The notes under the pieces: generated by a model
Databases searched by the model: none
What the model was told of the DNA's origin: nothing
The model's input: the letters and a program-made list of their open reading frames with translations, nothing else
Position numbers and translations under genes: made by a program
Part shown: positions 1 to 13,788 of the stretch, piece by piece
How the letters are laid out: each line of letters starts with the position of its first letter
Position numbering within the stretch: position 1 is the first letter of the stretch
Assembly (NCBI GenBank): GCA_000320545.1
Contig: ADNK01003164.1
Span: 1 to 41,262 of the forward strand
Source of the DNA: Bigelowiella natans CCMP2755
Taxonomy: Eukaryota > Protista > Cercozoa
Length of the DNA stretch: 41,262 nt
Direction: 5' to 3'

Positions 1-156
1 CTCACTCACTCTTTCTCTCCTCCCACCTTCCCCCTGAGCAATAACAAATAATCTACGTTTCAAGAACAACAATGACACAATCATTGCTATCTAATAGCAT
101 TGTAACAAACCACCTCTCCAACCCCCCCCCCCCCCCATACCAAAACGACGCAATAG

Positions 157-584
157 ATCGATTGTCCCGAGCGACACAAGCTACTCTTACATGATTCTCT
201 CCTGCTTCGAGCTGGTATTCCTACCACCACGACTACTACTTCTACTACTACCTACTGTGATGATGAAAGCACTATTAAAAGCATCAACTACTACTGCTAA
301 CTCCTTACTCATCTACTCTCCCATGCGCACGTGTGCGAAGTGTATACTCGGCGCCGGCGACTATCGTCTCTGTTTCCCACGTCGTCATTCTGACTACTTA
401 CATTGTGCAGCGATTGAAAGATAGCATGACCATTTTTTTATTAAGTTAAATAGCGATTTATTTTTAATCTATCGTATGCTATTATCAATATATTGCATTT
501 TTTAAAAAGTTTTAAAGCATTACATTGTCAAAAAAAATTTGAAATCCTACCACGCCTACCGGTTAGAAGAGATCATGCAATGAG

Positions 585-631
<47 letters not shown>

Positions 632-1157
632 ACTGTGTAATCTAGGGTGAGGAGGAGCGTATGCACGAATGGATTAGGAAAGACATGCGCGCCCGGAACT
701 CGAATGTACTATGCACCACGACACTTAATATTCACAAAAAGCGATTAGAAACTCGTTGAGATGTCAGTAATCATTGCTGCTCTATTTCTTCTTCTTCTTC
801 TTCTTCTTCTTCTTCTTCTTCTTCTTCTCCTTCTTCTTGCCCCCCTCTCCCAAACACAAAGGAGATGAACCCCTTTGCCGCCACTATCATCCTCGAAAGA
901 CTGGCGAAGCGAAAGTGAGCGCACAGCACACGGCGTCTTCTCATACACACACACACGCGCGCGCGCGCGCGCACATACCACGCAAATGCTCCCATCCGCT
1001 GCTATACTACATGAAACAGAGACGGGTTTGAGGTGACGGCGCGAAATGCACTGCCAGATGTCAAAAAACTACGATTGACATCGAGAATCGATCTCGTTGA
1101 GCTGCTCGCCTGTCGATTTCTTAGACCTCTCTCTCTCTCCCCCCCCCCCCCCCCCCC

Positions 1158-1194
<37 letters not shown>

Positions 1195-1257
1195 TGTTTG
1201 CTTACTCTTGTCCAGTTTACTCTGTGCAACATCTCTTTCCAAAGCGATTGTCCATGA
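157..1257 (+). CDS. 3' part of a spliced gene, probable pentatricopeptide-repeat (PPR) protein; 5' end lies outside the window
   Basis: GT-AG exons 157-214, 646-705, 862-914, 1020-1095 and 1216-1257 join in frame. The product reads SIVPSDTSYSYMILSCFEL|GEEERMHEWIRKDMRARNSN|EMNPFAATIILERLAKRK|DGFEV...RIDL|FTLCNISFQSDCP*. The P..tY..mI..c...G..e......M pattern resembles a PPR motif. Confidence 0.5.
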
Positions 1258-2993
1258 CATTATCGTGAAACAAAAACGCAGTTATCAGCAAGAGGAGCAA
1301 GTGATACAGAGGAGGGATTGTGGCCAAAGTAGTGGTAATGTGAGCAGCGACATCATGAAGAAGACGACATTGAAGAAGCATAAATAAAATCCCGAAATTG
1401 AAAATCATATTGTTGTCTAGAGTTTCTGGGTGTAGCTCGTTGAGAGTAGCAGCAGAACCTATTCAAGTAGTACAGCAAGACTATTATTTCACAAGGTAGT
1501 AAGATAGTTGTGGTAGTACTACTAGTTGTTGTTGCGGTTGCGCAAGGGACCCCTGAATGGGTGCATCTATTTTCTTCTATAAGAAGCAAGTAACGGCATG
1601 TGGTCCAGTTATTTTTGCAATAGCTCTCACTAACGCTGTTACTGAGCTGTGATGGATTCTTTGTTGTTTTGCGAAGGTTGGCGTGGTGGGAGAAGCACAC
1701 GGTGAATCGTAAAGCAATCATGATAAACTCCTCGGTAAAATTGCGGAAGTCATTGCATTATCTTAGAGGGAGGAAATAATTTAACACATTAAGCCCCAAG
1801 CTAGTTGCACGATAACATCCTTCAAGAAGGAAATAATAGATACAAGTGCATGTCATATTTGAAGAAGTTATCATAATGTTGCTGCATCATCAATACACAT
1901 ACTTCAACTAAATTGTATAAGGGATAGACTATAATTACATCACCTGCAACTTATGTTATTAATACCAGGTTGTCGCCATTGAAAAGTCGAGACACGTAAA
2001 GCGGGGAAAACAGAAGGCTGCACAGAGTACTAAAAATTCAATATCTGCGCAAAGCGTAAAAAACTCAATAAGAAAAAGTGACAAGACGAGCAATTTAAGC
2101 AGTACGAATAACAGCTGCTCAACTTGTTGATAACACATGTTGACATCTTTGTTACATGCACAACTTTGCAAGCAATCTTTTTTAGCATCAAAATTCAACA
2201 TTGGTGCATCCTTAAAGTACATCATCAAGGGCACGTGCATTGCACAACTACGATGACCGGGTCATCCGAAGTCATTTCATTTGCAAATATGTGTCATCGG
2301 AGAACATGCAAACATGTCGTACATATGTGATGCACATGCATGATCGAAGATCTTAGTCATCAGTGGATGCGAATTTGCACACCGCACTTATAAGCATAAT
2401 ATTTGTTGTCGTATAGTTTTATCACACAAGCGTATTAGGCGACGTGCGAAGTTGAAATGTGGGCACGAATGTGTATTGTGCATGCGCGCGTAGGTATACA
2501 TCTGCAATATAGAAGAACTTTGACGGGATGTGATGACAGTTATCATACACTATTATGTGCATGCAAGCAACGTGGCTTCTTGAATGCTAACGCATGAAAA
2601 CGCCAATCAATTTTCGATGTTATCAGATTACCATTTATCCCATACCTCACAACTGAATCAAAATGTTTTGAATGTTGATTTACTCGCATGATCAACAAAT
2701 GTGTCCGAGCTATTCTTTCTTGTTGTATCTGGGATATACTAAAATGACTTTTTCTCATGTTCCATAGGCCGTTTTCGTATAGCATGATTTGATGTGAAAA
2801 ATCCCGATTGTGCTCCTAATACAATATTTATTACTAGGATTTAATACCAGGCTAAAATAGTAATATGTTTATACTCAAATTGTTACTGAAACTAATTGTA
2901 TCTACGATATTAGTAAATGTGTAGAAGCAGCAATAGGAGGTGGTACTATGATTGTGGTGATGATAAAGAAGTTGGCAATATTTGATGAATATC

Positions 2994-5219
2994 CTAATGT
3001 GATGTCGGTGAGAACGTGAGTGATGATGGTAGTGAGCGTGTTAATGAAAAGAGGAAAATACCCTTTATGTTATATATCAACTGACAATAGGTCGGAAACA
3101 GGCATCTTCTTTTTTTGCTGTCATAGGTGTTCTCAGCTGCTATACCTCCTCCTAGTGGCGTGTCTGCTTTCAATTTTTCACGCCATTCTTTGAAGGTCAA
3201 AGGCTCTCCTGGAATCTTGAGTCGGTTCATGGCCCTCGCGAATACTCTGTCATTTATCAATTAATTTTATGTTATCATAGTCAACATCTTTGTTTAGCAA
3301 TACAATAAAGTAGTATCATTAACATTTGTGCTACTCACTGGCGCTGGAAAAAGAGAACGTAGACATCCCTGCTTTTGATGATGTTCTGGGAATATAATAA
3401 CAAAAAGTATCACAATAAATTAAAGTAACCGACAGGTTGTAATGGTGGTGGTGGGTGGGTGTATATTTCAGATAATAATAACAATACAATGGTAAGGAAA
3501 GAAAATGATGAAATACATTGGAATAATTCATATGGGAGATGATATTTCATCAATTCATTAGTAGTATCAGCTGCAGTAGCAAGAAGCACTTACTAGATAT
3601 TTTAGGAAATTGCAGAGCATAAAACAATGTGGTTTCATCATAATTACACCTCCATAATAACATATTATCATCATCATCATCATCATCATCATGATCATCA
3701 TCATCATAATCACGGCACACTTACTGAAGGAATGTGGCAGGGTTTGATTTTACGATCATTAAACGTATGCCAATCTCCCGTTCGCATGTTGCGCACATGT
3801 GCAACATAGTGACCTGTAAATAGAATTAATAGCAGTAGAAGAAGGGAAAAAGTCGTAGAAAATGTCGTCAACGTTAGCAAACTATTTTGTATGCAAGAGC
3901 AATACATAAACATACTCAATTAAACTACACAACTTCGTGTGTCTTAACAGAATGTATCTTAGCTATCGTCATCACTGTCATCTTTTTCTCCTCACCATCA
4001 CCAACAGAAAATGTCAGAACTATAAAACGAGAACTACTAAAACTTATACAAAATAACATGACAAGAGTTCATCCAACTCAAAGAGTGAATGCATAGCCAG
4101 CAAGAAAATATCTCGCATGAATTACCTTCGTTATGAATTACGATACGTTATTATCACACCATCATCATTACTCCCCCCCCCCCCCCCCTCCCCCCTTCAT
4201 CATCATCGATGAGTAACAAACTATTTTTCATTTATGTTTTAACAAATCATTGGAGTCCGTGACCGATATACGATGAAGACAAAAGTATCAGTAATAACAA
4301 ATAAAATTGAAAATTTTGATTGTATCGCAAACACACCTAAAAAATACAACAGTTGCTGCAATAATCTTCCAGAAATACTAGCTACCTACCTTTTTGTGGC
4401 GTTCCTGAGTGTGACAAGATTGCGTAAAGATCATACTTCATAGTACGATCCTCCTCTTTACCATCGCTATTATCCTCCTTTGTTGGTGCTGTACATTGAC
4501 TTGTCTCCCCTCCTTTGGCACTAGTATTTGTAGTAGTGGCAGTAGTAGTAGTAGTAGTAGTAGTAGTAGTTGTAGTAGATGTAGGAGTTGAAGCAGTTTT
4601 AGTTGTTGTTGTTGTAGTAGCTCGTCCAGTAGTCTTTTCTTCTGCACTATCAGCCGCTGCAACACATTCATTTACCTGTTCCATGATTTTTTGAATCTCG
4701 CAAAATTTTTGTTGCCGTTGCTGATGTTCACGTTCATCATATTTCTCAATTTCTAATTCTGTATTGCTGTTCACGTTTTTATCGTTAAAAGTACTAGAAT
4801 CTTGGCCATTAGTAGAGGTAGCAACAGTAATTTTCTTCTTTTTTTTATCATCGTTATCATATTTTTCATCCTCTTTTTGCTGCTGGTGGTGGTGCTGGTG
4901 AGTCATTGGAACGCCCTCTGTCTCAGCTAAAGTACATAAATCTAACCCTCGTCTTGGAATCCATACCTGTTGTTTGTAGTAGAGAATAATCTATATGAAT
5001 GATAGTAGAAAAATAAGATGGAGACTTGTTCATAACCGCATGTATACAAACAAGATGGTTTCAGCAGTCTTCCTTATTAAGAACGTCGTGTACCTCGGTC
5101 TTGTTTTTAATGAGCTTTCCCGATTTTGTTTTCATCACTCTCTAAGTTATCACCAATCATATCTCAATCCCAACTTCATACGTGAAACTTAAGTAATTTC
5201 TATAAGTGTATTCTGAATA

Positions 5220-5264
<45 letters not shown>

Positions 5265-5357
5265 CTCCCTCCTCCTACACCACACAAACACACAATATAG
5301 TATTCTTGGGTGTATATGCCTCCTCCTGCTAGCTTTTCACCACTACCACTAGCATTA

Positions 5358-5393
<36 letters not shown>

Positions 5394-5656
5394 ATCATCA
5401 TCATCATCATCATCATCATCACGAATAGAATGACCATCTACACTAATCTTAACCTCAATATCCACCCTATAGGTACAGCTACTCCTACTCATTAATATAG
5501 CGGCAGGTATTACGGCATACCCACCTGTATGAGAGCCATAAGTATATTAGGAAGTTTCCATATTCCTTCTTCTACAAGAATTTCATGCTTATTGTGCAGT
5601 ATTGTGCTCCCTTTCAACGTTGAAGGGGTACCAGCGAAAGTTACAGTAGTAGTAGT

Positions 5657-5689
<33 letters not shown>

Positions 5690-8461
5690 GGGTAGTATGG
5701 TTGTTGCGGTGGTAGGTTTTTTAGCAGTGTAATGATTGTAACAATTCTTGTCGTCGTCCCTCTTATTATTCTTGTTTTCCTTCTTCAGCAAGTTACATAC
5801 AGGGCATCTGAATTCAATCATTGTTCAGATAACGACGGATACGAGTGATCGTAAGAATAACACAATGATTCACACATCATCGTAACCTCAGGATAATCAT
5901 CCACCATTCATCATCTCCGCTATCACAATAAAAAACGAGCTTTTAACTATAAACTAGATTAATAATTAGCATAATTAGCATGGTATTAATGACTACTGAA
6001 ACTAACTATTTCTACCACCACTACTACTATACTACTTCGACCTCCATTTCTTGAGGCTGTGTCTTCTCGGTAATTTTGAAAACAAATCCACAAAGCGCAC
6101 GGTTTCCTGGGATGATGATGACCAGATATGATGATGATGATGATGATGATGATAATGAGAACAGTAATAAATGGTAAAGAATAAACCAAACCCTAAAATG
6201 TAGTAAGCTGCGCTGCTGTGCGACAATGAATATTATAGTAGTGACGATGACGACGACGACGACGACGACGCGAGAATGATGATAATAGTAAATTATTATC
6301 ATATTAGGAATGGCACTCTACGCATAGATAACCTGGTTCGGAGGGGGCGAAAGAGGTAAGAACTGAAACGCTGGAAAGTCGATTGAGGTTCTGAGGCATT
6401 TATTACACGTTACACGGCGGATACTTTGTCCTTGGAAATTCTCGGTGAAAAAACTGCGACCTAAGTGAGATAAACGATGGTGGTGTGAATGATAACTATG
6501 ATGAGAATACTGATACAAACTTGTTACTAATCAAGAATTACTAAGGTTACCGCCGCAGTAGTAAAATCCATAGAAAGGGTACATAATTATCACCATATTC
6601 ATTACCAACACCACGGTGTATCATCATTAAAATATATATGCTGCTCAAAAGGGGGAATAGACTGGAGAGGAAGAAACAGACACATTGTGTAAGTATTGAT
6701 CACAGCTTTTATCTTTGGTTATCATCCTAGCACCAGGCAACCAGGGTTATTACGTTTGTGTAAAAAAAAAAATCTTGTTTAGGTATTATTTATTTCTTTA
6801 TTTTTTCGACACCATGAGCTGCAAGATGCATTTTCCAGGCGTAATTTGCAGCCCTTTGCATATGTTCGGGAGTTGGAAATGTTGGTTGCTTCGACCCTTC
6901 TTCCTTTTTTTTATCCTCCTCTTCGTCATGATTGCCATTATCGTCGTTGGTATCATAGCGTCGTTCGCTACCTCTAACATCATCGCGGTGCAGTCCCTCC
7001 TTCATCTATGTATGAACAAAAAAAAATCCTTTATCATTATTGTCATCTCAATTCTTTAACTTTTCTCTCTTTCTCGTTGAGGAATTATTCTGAATTACGA
7101 CGATTATTTATTAGTACTGCATTATGATGAGTAAGTCTTAACAAATCGCTTTACTTCCCAATGGGATCTATAATACTACTTACTAAAAGTCTCTTTCCCT
7201 GTTTTATTTCTACTACCGTTCTTCTCTTGTTACTCCTGCGTGGAAGATGATGATGATGATGATGATGCAGTGGCAGTCTTGGTGGTGGTTTCTCAGGAAG
7301 AAAACGAGGAGGAGGTGGTAATGCTGCACCAGCACCAGCACTAGCACCAGCAGATACTGACGACGACGACGACGACGACGACGATGATGATGAGTCGGCA
7401 TATATATTTTTGTAACCCTTCTTGTTGTTGTTGTTGTTGTTGCTGCTGCTGTCATCGTCGTTATGGCTTCTATCCGTCGTCGCCGCATTTCTTCTTCTTC
7501 TTATGGGGTTGTTGTTTTTGTTTTTCACTGATGATTTGGTGGTGATACTACTACTACAACAATCACCACTTTGTCGACCATCCTCATCACAAATCAGATC
7601 ACGACAATCATCATTCGGTAATATTAAAATGCCCCGTTTTAGCAGAAATTCAACTTCTTCATTGTGTTGTTGCTGCTGGCGGCGCCGCCGCCGATTTACA
7701 TACGCTGCCGTAGAATTTTCGAATTTGTCGTCGTTGCAGTCGGTATTTGTTGTTGTTGTTGTTGTTGTTGTTGCAGTTTTCAGAATGGTGGAGCGACGAC
7801 TTTGGGGAAGATTTTCGTGCAGGCCAGAGGAGGGAAGAAGATGTGGGGAGAGATTTTTTATATTAATCGTAGGTGATGCTGGTGAAGAAGGTGATGATGT
7901 TGTTGTTGTTATTATTGGTGATGGTGTTGATTGCAAGGACGGAGGTATTGATGATGATGATGATAATGATAATGATGATGATGATGATGATGGCGCTGGG
8001 AGGGGTGGAGTATAGGGGAACGGTAAGCATACGTCCGCATGTAGATGTCGAATAAATACATTGAGGAAAAAATCAACCTAACAAATATACATACATTCAC
8101 TATTATCAACTTGAAGAAAAAATCAACGGCAATAAAGATACGTCGTTTTCATTCCGATCTCGATCTAACGAACATTGATGACCATTGAACTGCTTGCTAC
8201 TACTACTCCTTCTTCTTCTTCTTCTTCTTCTTCTTCTTCTTCTTCTTCTACCTACCGCATCTCGTTGTTCTGTGCAGCCTCGGAAACGAGGGTTCACCAC
8301 CTGATCTATTGTACGTTTCAACTCTTCAGGACTTACACATGAGGCGACCTCATTTTCACCCTTTGAGGAGTCCCAAATTTTCTCAGAAAGAGCAAGAAAT
8401 CTGACACATTGGAAGACAAATAATTTAAATATTAATTTACGGGAAGACGATGATCATTATA

Positions 8462-8500
<39 letters not shown>

Positions 8501-9606
8501 AAATTTCATCAGAATATTTCTCGTCGTTATTGGGTTTTCGATTGTTGTGACTGGTGTAGAGTGGATAATAATGTCTACAAAATAAAAATATTTGCACATA
8601 TGTAAGTATGTATGTATGGTATGCTTTTCTCGAGAACATTTACAAATTACGAAATTAAATTTAAAGAATGTCGTAGTAGCAGTAGTCCTAGCAGTTCGTA
8701 GCAGTAGTGGCAGTAGTAGTAGTAGTAGTAGTTGTTGTTGTTGTATCGATAAATAAATGAACACATGAAAATTTAATATCATCATTATTTTTTTAATAGT
8801 AGTAGTAGTAGTAGTATTAGTAATAGTTGAGAAATAAACCGATGAAAACTTATTCAAATAACACCCGCATCATCAGGAAAATTGATCAATTTACAACAGG
8901 ATCGTTGATACATTAGTATTCAGAATCGCCCCCCTCCTTATTATGATTGATTTATCTTCTAGGATTCACGTACTTTCGCACAACGGATGCCTCATTTCTC
9001 TTTCTATGCTTCTTCGGAATGCGCTCCACGGTGTTGTCCCAATGACGCAGCTGGCGCGAGGAGGAGGAAGTAGGCGAAGTTATTAATTTTGTTTCTTTTT
9101 TGGTTTTAATATCGCCTCCTACTCCCATTTTGGAGCCATCTTCGTTGTCACCATCGTCGTTTACTTTGGCATTATCTAGTCTTTGCCCACTACTATTATT
9201 GCTCATGTTGCTTGGGTTGTTTTTTTTTACTTGTGCAGAAAGAGTTGCTGTCAAGCCTGGGGTCTGGAAAAGGCATTGAAGGCCCACATTCATGTAGCAT
9301 GTGCTGTCCAGGTTCCTGAAAGTCGTATGTAAGAAAGAGCTCATAAAAATGTTATAAGCATGCGATGATGCCTATGTAATAATAGAACACCCTTGGGGTA
9401 GGACACAACACACCAAACACTACGTCATCCTACTTCTCGCTCCTGGAAGAGGGCGCAACACAAACACAAACACAAACACCACGTCGGACAACACTCACTT
9501 CCTGGAGGGAGGAGGGCACAACACAGACACAAACACCACGTCATCCTACTACTCACTTCAAGCCACGGACGCCAGGGCCTGAGAGGCCGCTCCCAGCTTG
9601 ACCCAT
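2994..9606 (-). CDS. Ubiquitin carboxyl-terminal hydrolase (USP / peptidase C19), multi-exon, with long low-complexity insertions; 3' end uncertain
   Basis: The Cys box PGVRGLK|NLDSTCYMNVGLQCL spans exons 9606-9557 and 9315-~8971. Other USP motifs follow in order: QRDA|VDFF (~8256/8077), SFFTENFQGQ..VTCNKC..FQFLPL (6333-6460), CPVC and IWKLPNIL (5526-5810), VWIPRRGLDL (~4940), YDLYAILSHSG and GHYVAHVRN..WHTFND His/Asp boxes (4390-4440, 3725-3812), and VYVLFFQR (~3345-3365). Confidence 0.88.
9392..9556 (-). repeat. Three imperfect ~55-nt tandem units in USP intron 1, each shaped like a complete intron
   Basis: On the minus strand: GTGAGT...CCCTCCAG (9556-9502), GAA, GTGAGT...CTTCCAG (9498-9443), GA, GCGAG...CCCCAAG (9440-9392). 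The units share a GACGT(G/A)GTGTTTG core. Confidence 0.8.
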
Positions 9607-9943
9607 TGACAACCAGCCTATGGAGTTCTTTTATTCTATTGTTTTCTTTATCGGCATACATACATGCATGTTCGATGGTCTCCTCGTCCTCCTCCCCCTC
9701 TCTCCTACTCTCTCTGTCTCTGCATTTGAAATGAAGAGGATGAGGACAGAAATGTGAGATTCACCACTTCCTTTCGAAGTTAATTTCTTTCAACTCATGA
9801 TTGATGTCGCATATCTGAAACGCATGAAATCCTCGGAAATCGTAGCTTGTCGCAGGGAAAAAATGATCAATCATCACCACAACACCTTCCCGCCAGTGGT
9901 AAGTAGGAGAAGGAAGTCTTGGGAGGGTCAGTACGTAAAAACA
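9607..9943. promoter_or_regulatory. Probable bidirectional promoter between the divergent USP and HAUS1 genes
   Basis: The predicted start codons (9606 on -, 9944 on +) are separated by only ~337 bp. This is a positional inference; no motif was identified. Confidence 0.45.
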
Positions 9944-11327
9944 ATGAGCAGCTGCCAGAAAAGGTGAACTATAGTGCACAATATGTAAATTTAGGTTCTC
10001 AACATTTGTTGTGACAATCTTTCACCATAGATTTCTTCATGTTCAAGCTGACTTGAAGGAAATAGGCATATCAAAGCTGCTTCCCGAATTTGAAGTCGAT
10101 TTGCAAATGATAATCCTTTAATGTTCAAAGTTGGAGACTGTAAGGCATGTAACGTTCAAATATATATTACAGATTAATGTGAGTACAGTAGCAGCTCTGG
10201 AATCTCTGCTTCAGCGCCATCAGCTTAGGATGCAAAGCTTGAAATACGTGTCGAAGAATCTCCACACTCAGATCCAACAATATAGAGCAGAAAGTAAGGA
10301 CACAAAGCACATATTCTATTCACAATAGAATAATATTTCTCCATTAATATTTGACTTAATTTTTATAGACCTCCAGACAACGAGTATCCTAAAAGGCGTT
10401 GGTTTCCATCCTCGTGATGCTGTTCTGTCACAATACGGAAAATCCAGGTAGTAGGAGTAGTAGTAGTAGCAGTAGTAGTAGTAACAGGCCAATTATTGTT
10501 GGAATCATGCATACGACACGGGTTGTTCGTATAAATCAATGTGTTAGTATTGTAGAGAGGGTTTGCAACCTCATTAACAGAAAATCTACTAATACACACG
10601 AGTTGTTTGATTCCCCCTATTTTACGTCAATACCATTTGATCGTTATCATGTCCTCACCATTACTATCTAGGCTGGATATCCTCTCGAAACTTGCGACTG
10701 CGTTAGGGACTAAAAATCCCCCTACCGTGGGCAGGTTTTAATTCAAAATGTTGAAAAAGCATTTCACTTTATCACGAAACATGCGAGAAATCCCCTTCTC
10801 ACCTTCAAATATTTTTGACATTCAATCGTTAACACTGTGAAAACTGACAGCGATGTTACCCTTTTATAAGTATGATGCTTGCCGTTGGAGAACTGTATCG
10901 ATCTCTACACGGTGCCGAGAATGAGCTCAGGGGCCTGAAAAAAACAAACAATGATTTATTCGGAACTCTATCGGAGACAAACTCTTATCTCAATACAATC
11001 AAGGAGTGAGTTCTAGTTCGTTATAGAGTATCCGATATGTTTTAGTCTTGCAGCCTTAGATTACTAAATAGCTCTCCATCTAAGACCCCAAATCACTCAT
11101 GCAATCTAATTTTAAAAGTCTCAGCGCTAAAAAGGAGGCTACTTTCCAGTACCACTAAATTTACTGTACGTAAATTAGGTTACGTGTGCGGCTTGAACGC
11201 GACGTACAGGAGTTTAAGAGGAAAAAGATAAACCACATTCCTTCAAGGATGCGCCATCTGCATGATCGCTTGTCGGAATACAGCAAAATCCAAAATTCAT
11301 GGAAAGTATTGATTATTCATCTCTCTC

Positions 11328-11371
<44 letters not shown>

Positions 11372-11752
11372 GTCTCTCTATGCGCGCATGAGGTTAGTCT
11401 CTTCATGCGTTATCCTCGTTAAGCTGTGACGGCACTGTTGTGGTTGCTCAGGAACATCTCGACAAATCAGGAGTTACGAATTCTGTTACACACAGAGCAA
11501 TTTGCAAGCTTTCTTCAGAATTAAATTCTCTTGAAGAAAAGCAAAAGTCCCTGCAAGCAACGTTGGATGGCTACAATTCACTACCTCCGGTAGCTGGGAC
11601 ATGTGTAGAACCTCGGGTAAAATTCCTGATTTTTTTGTTTCCTTTCAATGCAGAATTTTTCTTTGGCGAGGGAAAAAATCGAGGAGGGAAAAATACAACT
11701 CCAAAGACTGGAAACTGAATTCAAGGAACGATGCGCTGCAATGTATCAATAG
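9944..11752 (+). CDS. HAUS1: HAUS augmin-like complex subunit 1 (HAUS1/AUG1), about 9 exons
   Basis: The spliced product is MSSCQKR|FLHVQADLKEIGISKLLPEFE|INVSTVAALESL..QQYRAE|NLQTTSILKGVG..|LDILSKLATALGTKN..|..|EHLDKSGVTNSVTHRAICKLSSEL..LQATLDGYNSLPP|NFSLAREKIEEGKIQLQRLE..MYQ*. It matches the HAUS1 hallmarks P.FE.N..T, L...A.AL, H.....LS and Y..LPP...LA..KIEE. Confidence 0.85.
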
Positions 11753-11789
11753 TCCTCCAATTCTTGCCCTGTGTCGCACAGCGTAGCGA

Positions 11790-13075
11790 CCACACACCGC
11801 CCGCCGCCTCTAGGCCTGGCTCATTGCACTGATTCACATCATCATCAACACATGCTAGCATGCACGGCATGCGACCAACATGTGTGTAATGCATGATCAT
11901 TTCTGTCATGGAACAATGCAACGTTGTGAACTTTGCTCTGCAAACGTGTTGACACGTCTAGACGCATGTGCGCATGTGCACCATTGGTGGCACCCATGAA
12001 CGTGCAGCACACGTGCGTGTGTGGCAATTGCTGTGTACACTGACTGCACTAGTCACGCCCAGGTGTGTTGCAACGCTAGAACGTGCAAGGGGTCTCGTGC
12101 ACAATGTGAGCCAGTCTAGCAGTGAGTGCGTGCGCAACTGGCTGTGTGTGCTCGCCACGCCAATCATTCGCACGACATCGTGCTTTGTTTTTGCGGCAGG
12201 CTGCAATTTGTGCAATGCCGAGCTAGCGAGTGCACGACTTTGTGAAAAAATCGTGCGAAAGCGAACAGAACCAGAGAACGCAAACAAGTCTTTGAAGCAC
12301 CACCAGAACAATTTGCATTCAACAATCAAACTGTTCGCAAGTTGTGAAGAGTTTCACTTTCAACCATTCTGGTATTCGAATGAGTGAAATGGCAAGAACC
12401 ATTTTGATTGCAACCACTCGTTCGAGTGGAGTGTCATGGTTGTGCTGCGCGGCAATTGTTCCACTCGCTGGCTCGGTGATCGTGTTCGTCGTTCGTTGCC
12501 AGCTAGCCAGCCCTGCAGCCCTGCTGTCCTGCCATCACCTAGTCATGAATGATGCGTGGTCGGACGTGGCCACCTTTCAGGAGTGGAGGGCTTGGAAAGG
12601 CCTTGGCGTCCAACAGTGGGGACTTCGTCTGCTCCGGTTCTCCACTCACGTCGTCACGTCAAGCCAAGGTGGCACGTTGTGAGACTTTCAAACCCTTGTT
12701 GTTTCCCATGGTTTTGCCAAACCAGTGTCTGCCTTGCAGCTCAATTGGTCCCTGCGCAAGGCGTTTGCCGATTTTTGATGTTCCAAAAGGAGGCTCGAGT
12801 GTTGCCCTGTGCAAACTTGTTGCCAGCTGAAGTGTTTGTGGTCGTGATTGCAGATCCTTGAACTCACGCCACCTTCTTCGATGAGGACCTTGACCACCTG
12901 GCTAGCTGGAAGCTTGTGTCTCACTCCTGCTTCATTGAGGAACGGCATGCCTGCTGCACGAGTGCTCGTGGATCTCTGAACGAACGAGTGAATGAAGGAT
13001 TCCTCAGGAGCAGCTGAGAGGCACGCACAAAGAAAAAGAAGAGGAAGAAGTCGAACAGCAAGAAAGTTCCTGGAA
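11790..13075. other. TpA-erased block A (TG/CA-rich; residual TA mostly in CTAG)
   Basis: Hand count: 13 TA in ~1285 nt, 10 of them in CTAG. Confidence 0.9.
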
Positions 13076-13788
13076 CTGATAACCACAACAGCTTTTGTGG
13101 ATGAAACAAGGGGAAATTACCGACATTCACATGAATTCCTAGAACGGGCACATGTCACGTAGCAAACCATGAGAGTCAAGAAATAATTTGTGGTGCAAAG
13201 GGCGAAAATTCAATATTTTTGGAATGTAAGGCTTTTTTGGCCTAAATCCACCACATTTTTTTGTGGCCCCCGCCACCACCAAAAGAGAGCGGGAAGAAAA
13301 TAACCAATGAACGACAAATTATCCTTCATTTTACGTGAAAGACAACATGGAGATGCAGCGACATCATGCCGAAATGAAACAAAAAAAACTTAAGTGAACA
13401 GGACGTATTCCACCTTTGCGTCAAGGACAAGCTAAAGAGCTTTCAGATAATAAATTTACATTTTAAAATTGACTAAGTCTAAATCATCATCAATAAATAG
13501 TAAAAAGACATCAATTTTAATCAAAGAATGTCCATTTTTAGGTGTCTTAAATTTCATTACATGACTCAGCCTATTTATTGAATCCAATGCTACCTCAATT
13601 CTTCCATTCAATTTTTCAGCCCCTTTTATTTTGTTCTGAGTATTGTCGCATCAAAGATATCAATGTAGTTTTCCATAGATATATTCAAAGCGCGGTATTT
13701 TCATTCTGAAGTTATCGTTAAGGACACGGATACGCATTACCCCTCACCATTCACGTCCACAGCTTTCACGCTTAGTAACTTGGAAGTC

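Noticed and set aside
1969-2130. Exon-like basic stretch ending in CSTC*, suggesting a lipidated C-terminus
   Set aside because: No upstream exons or GTPase motifs could be linked to it.
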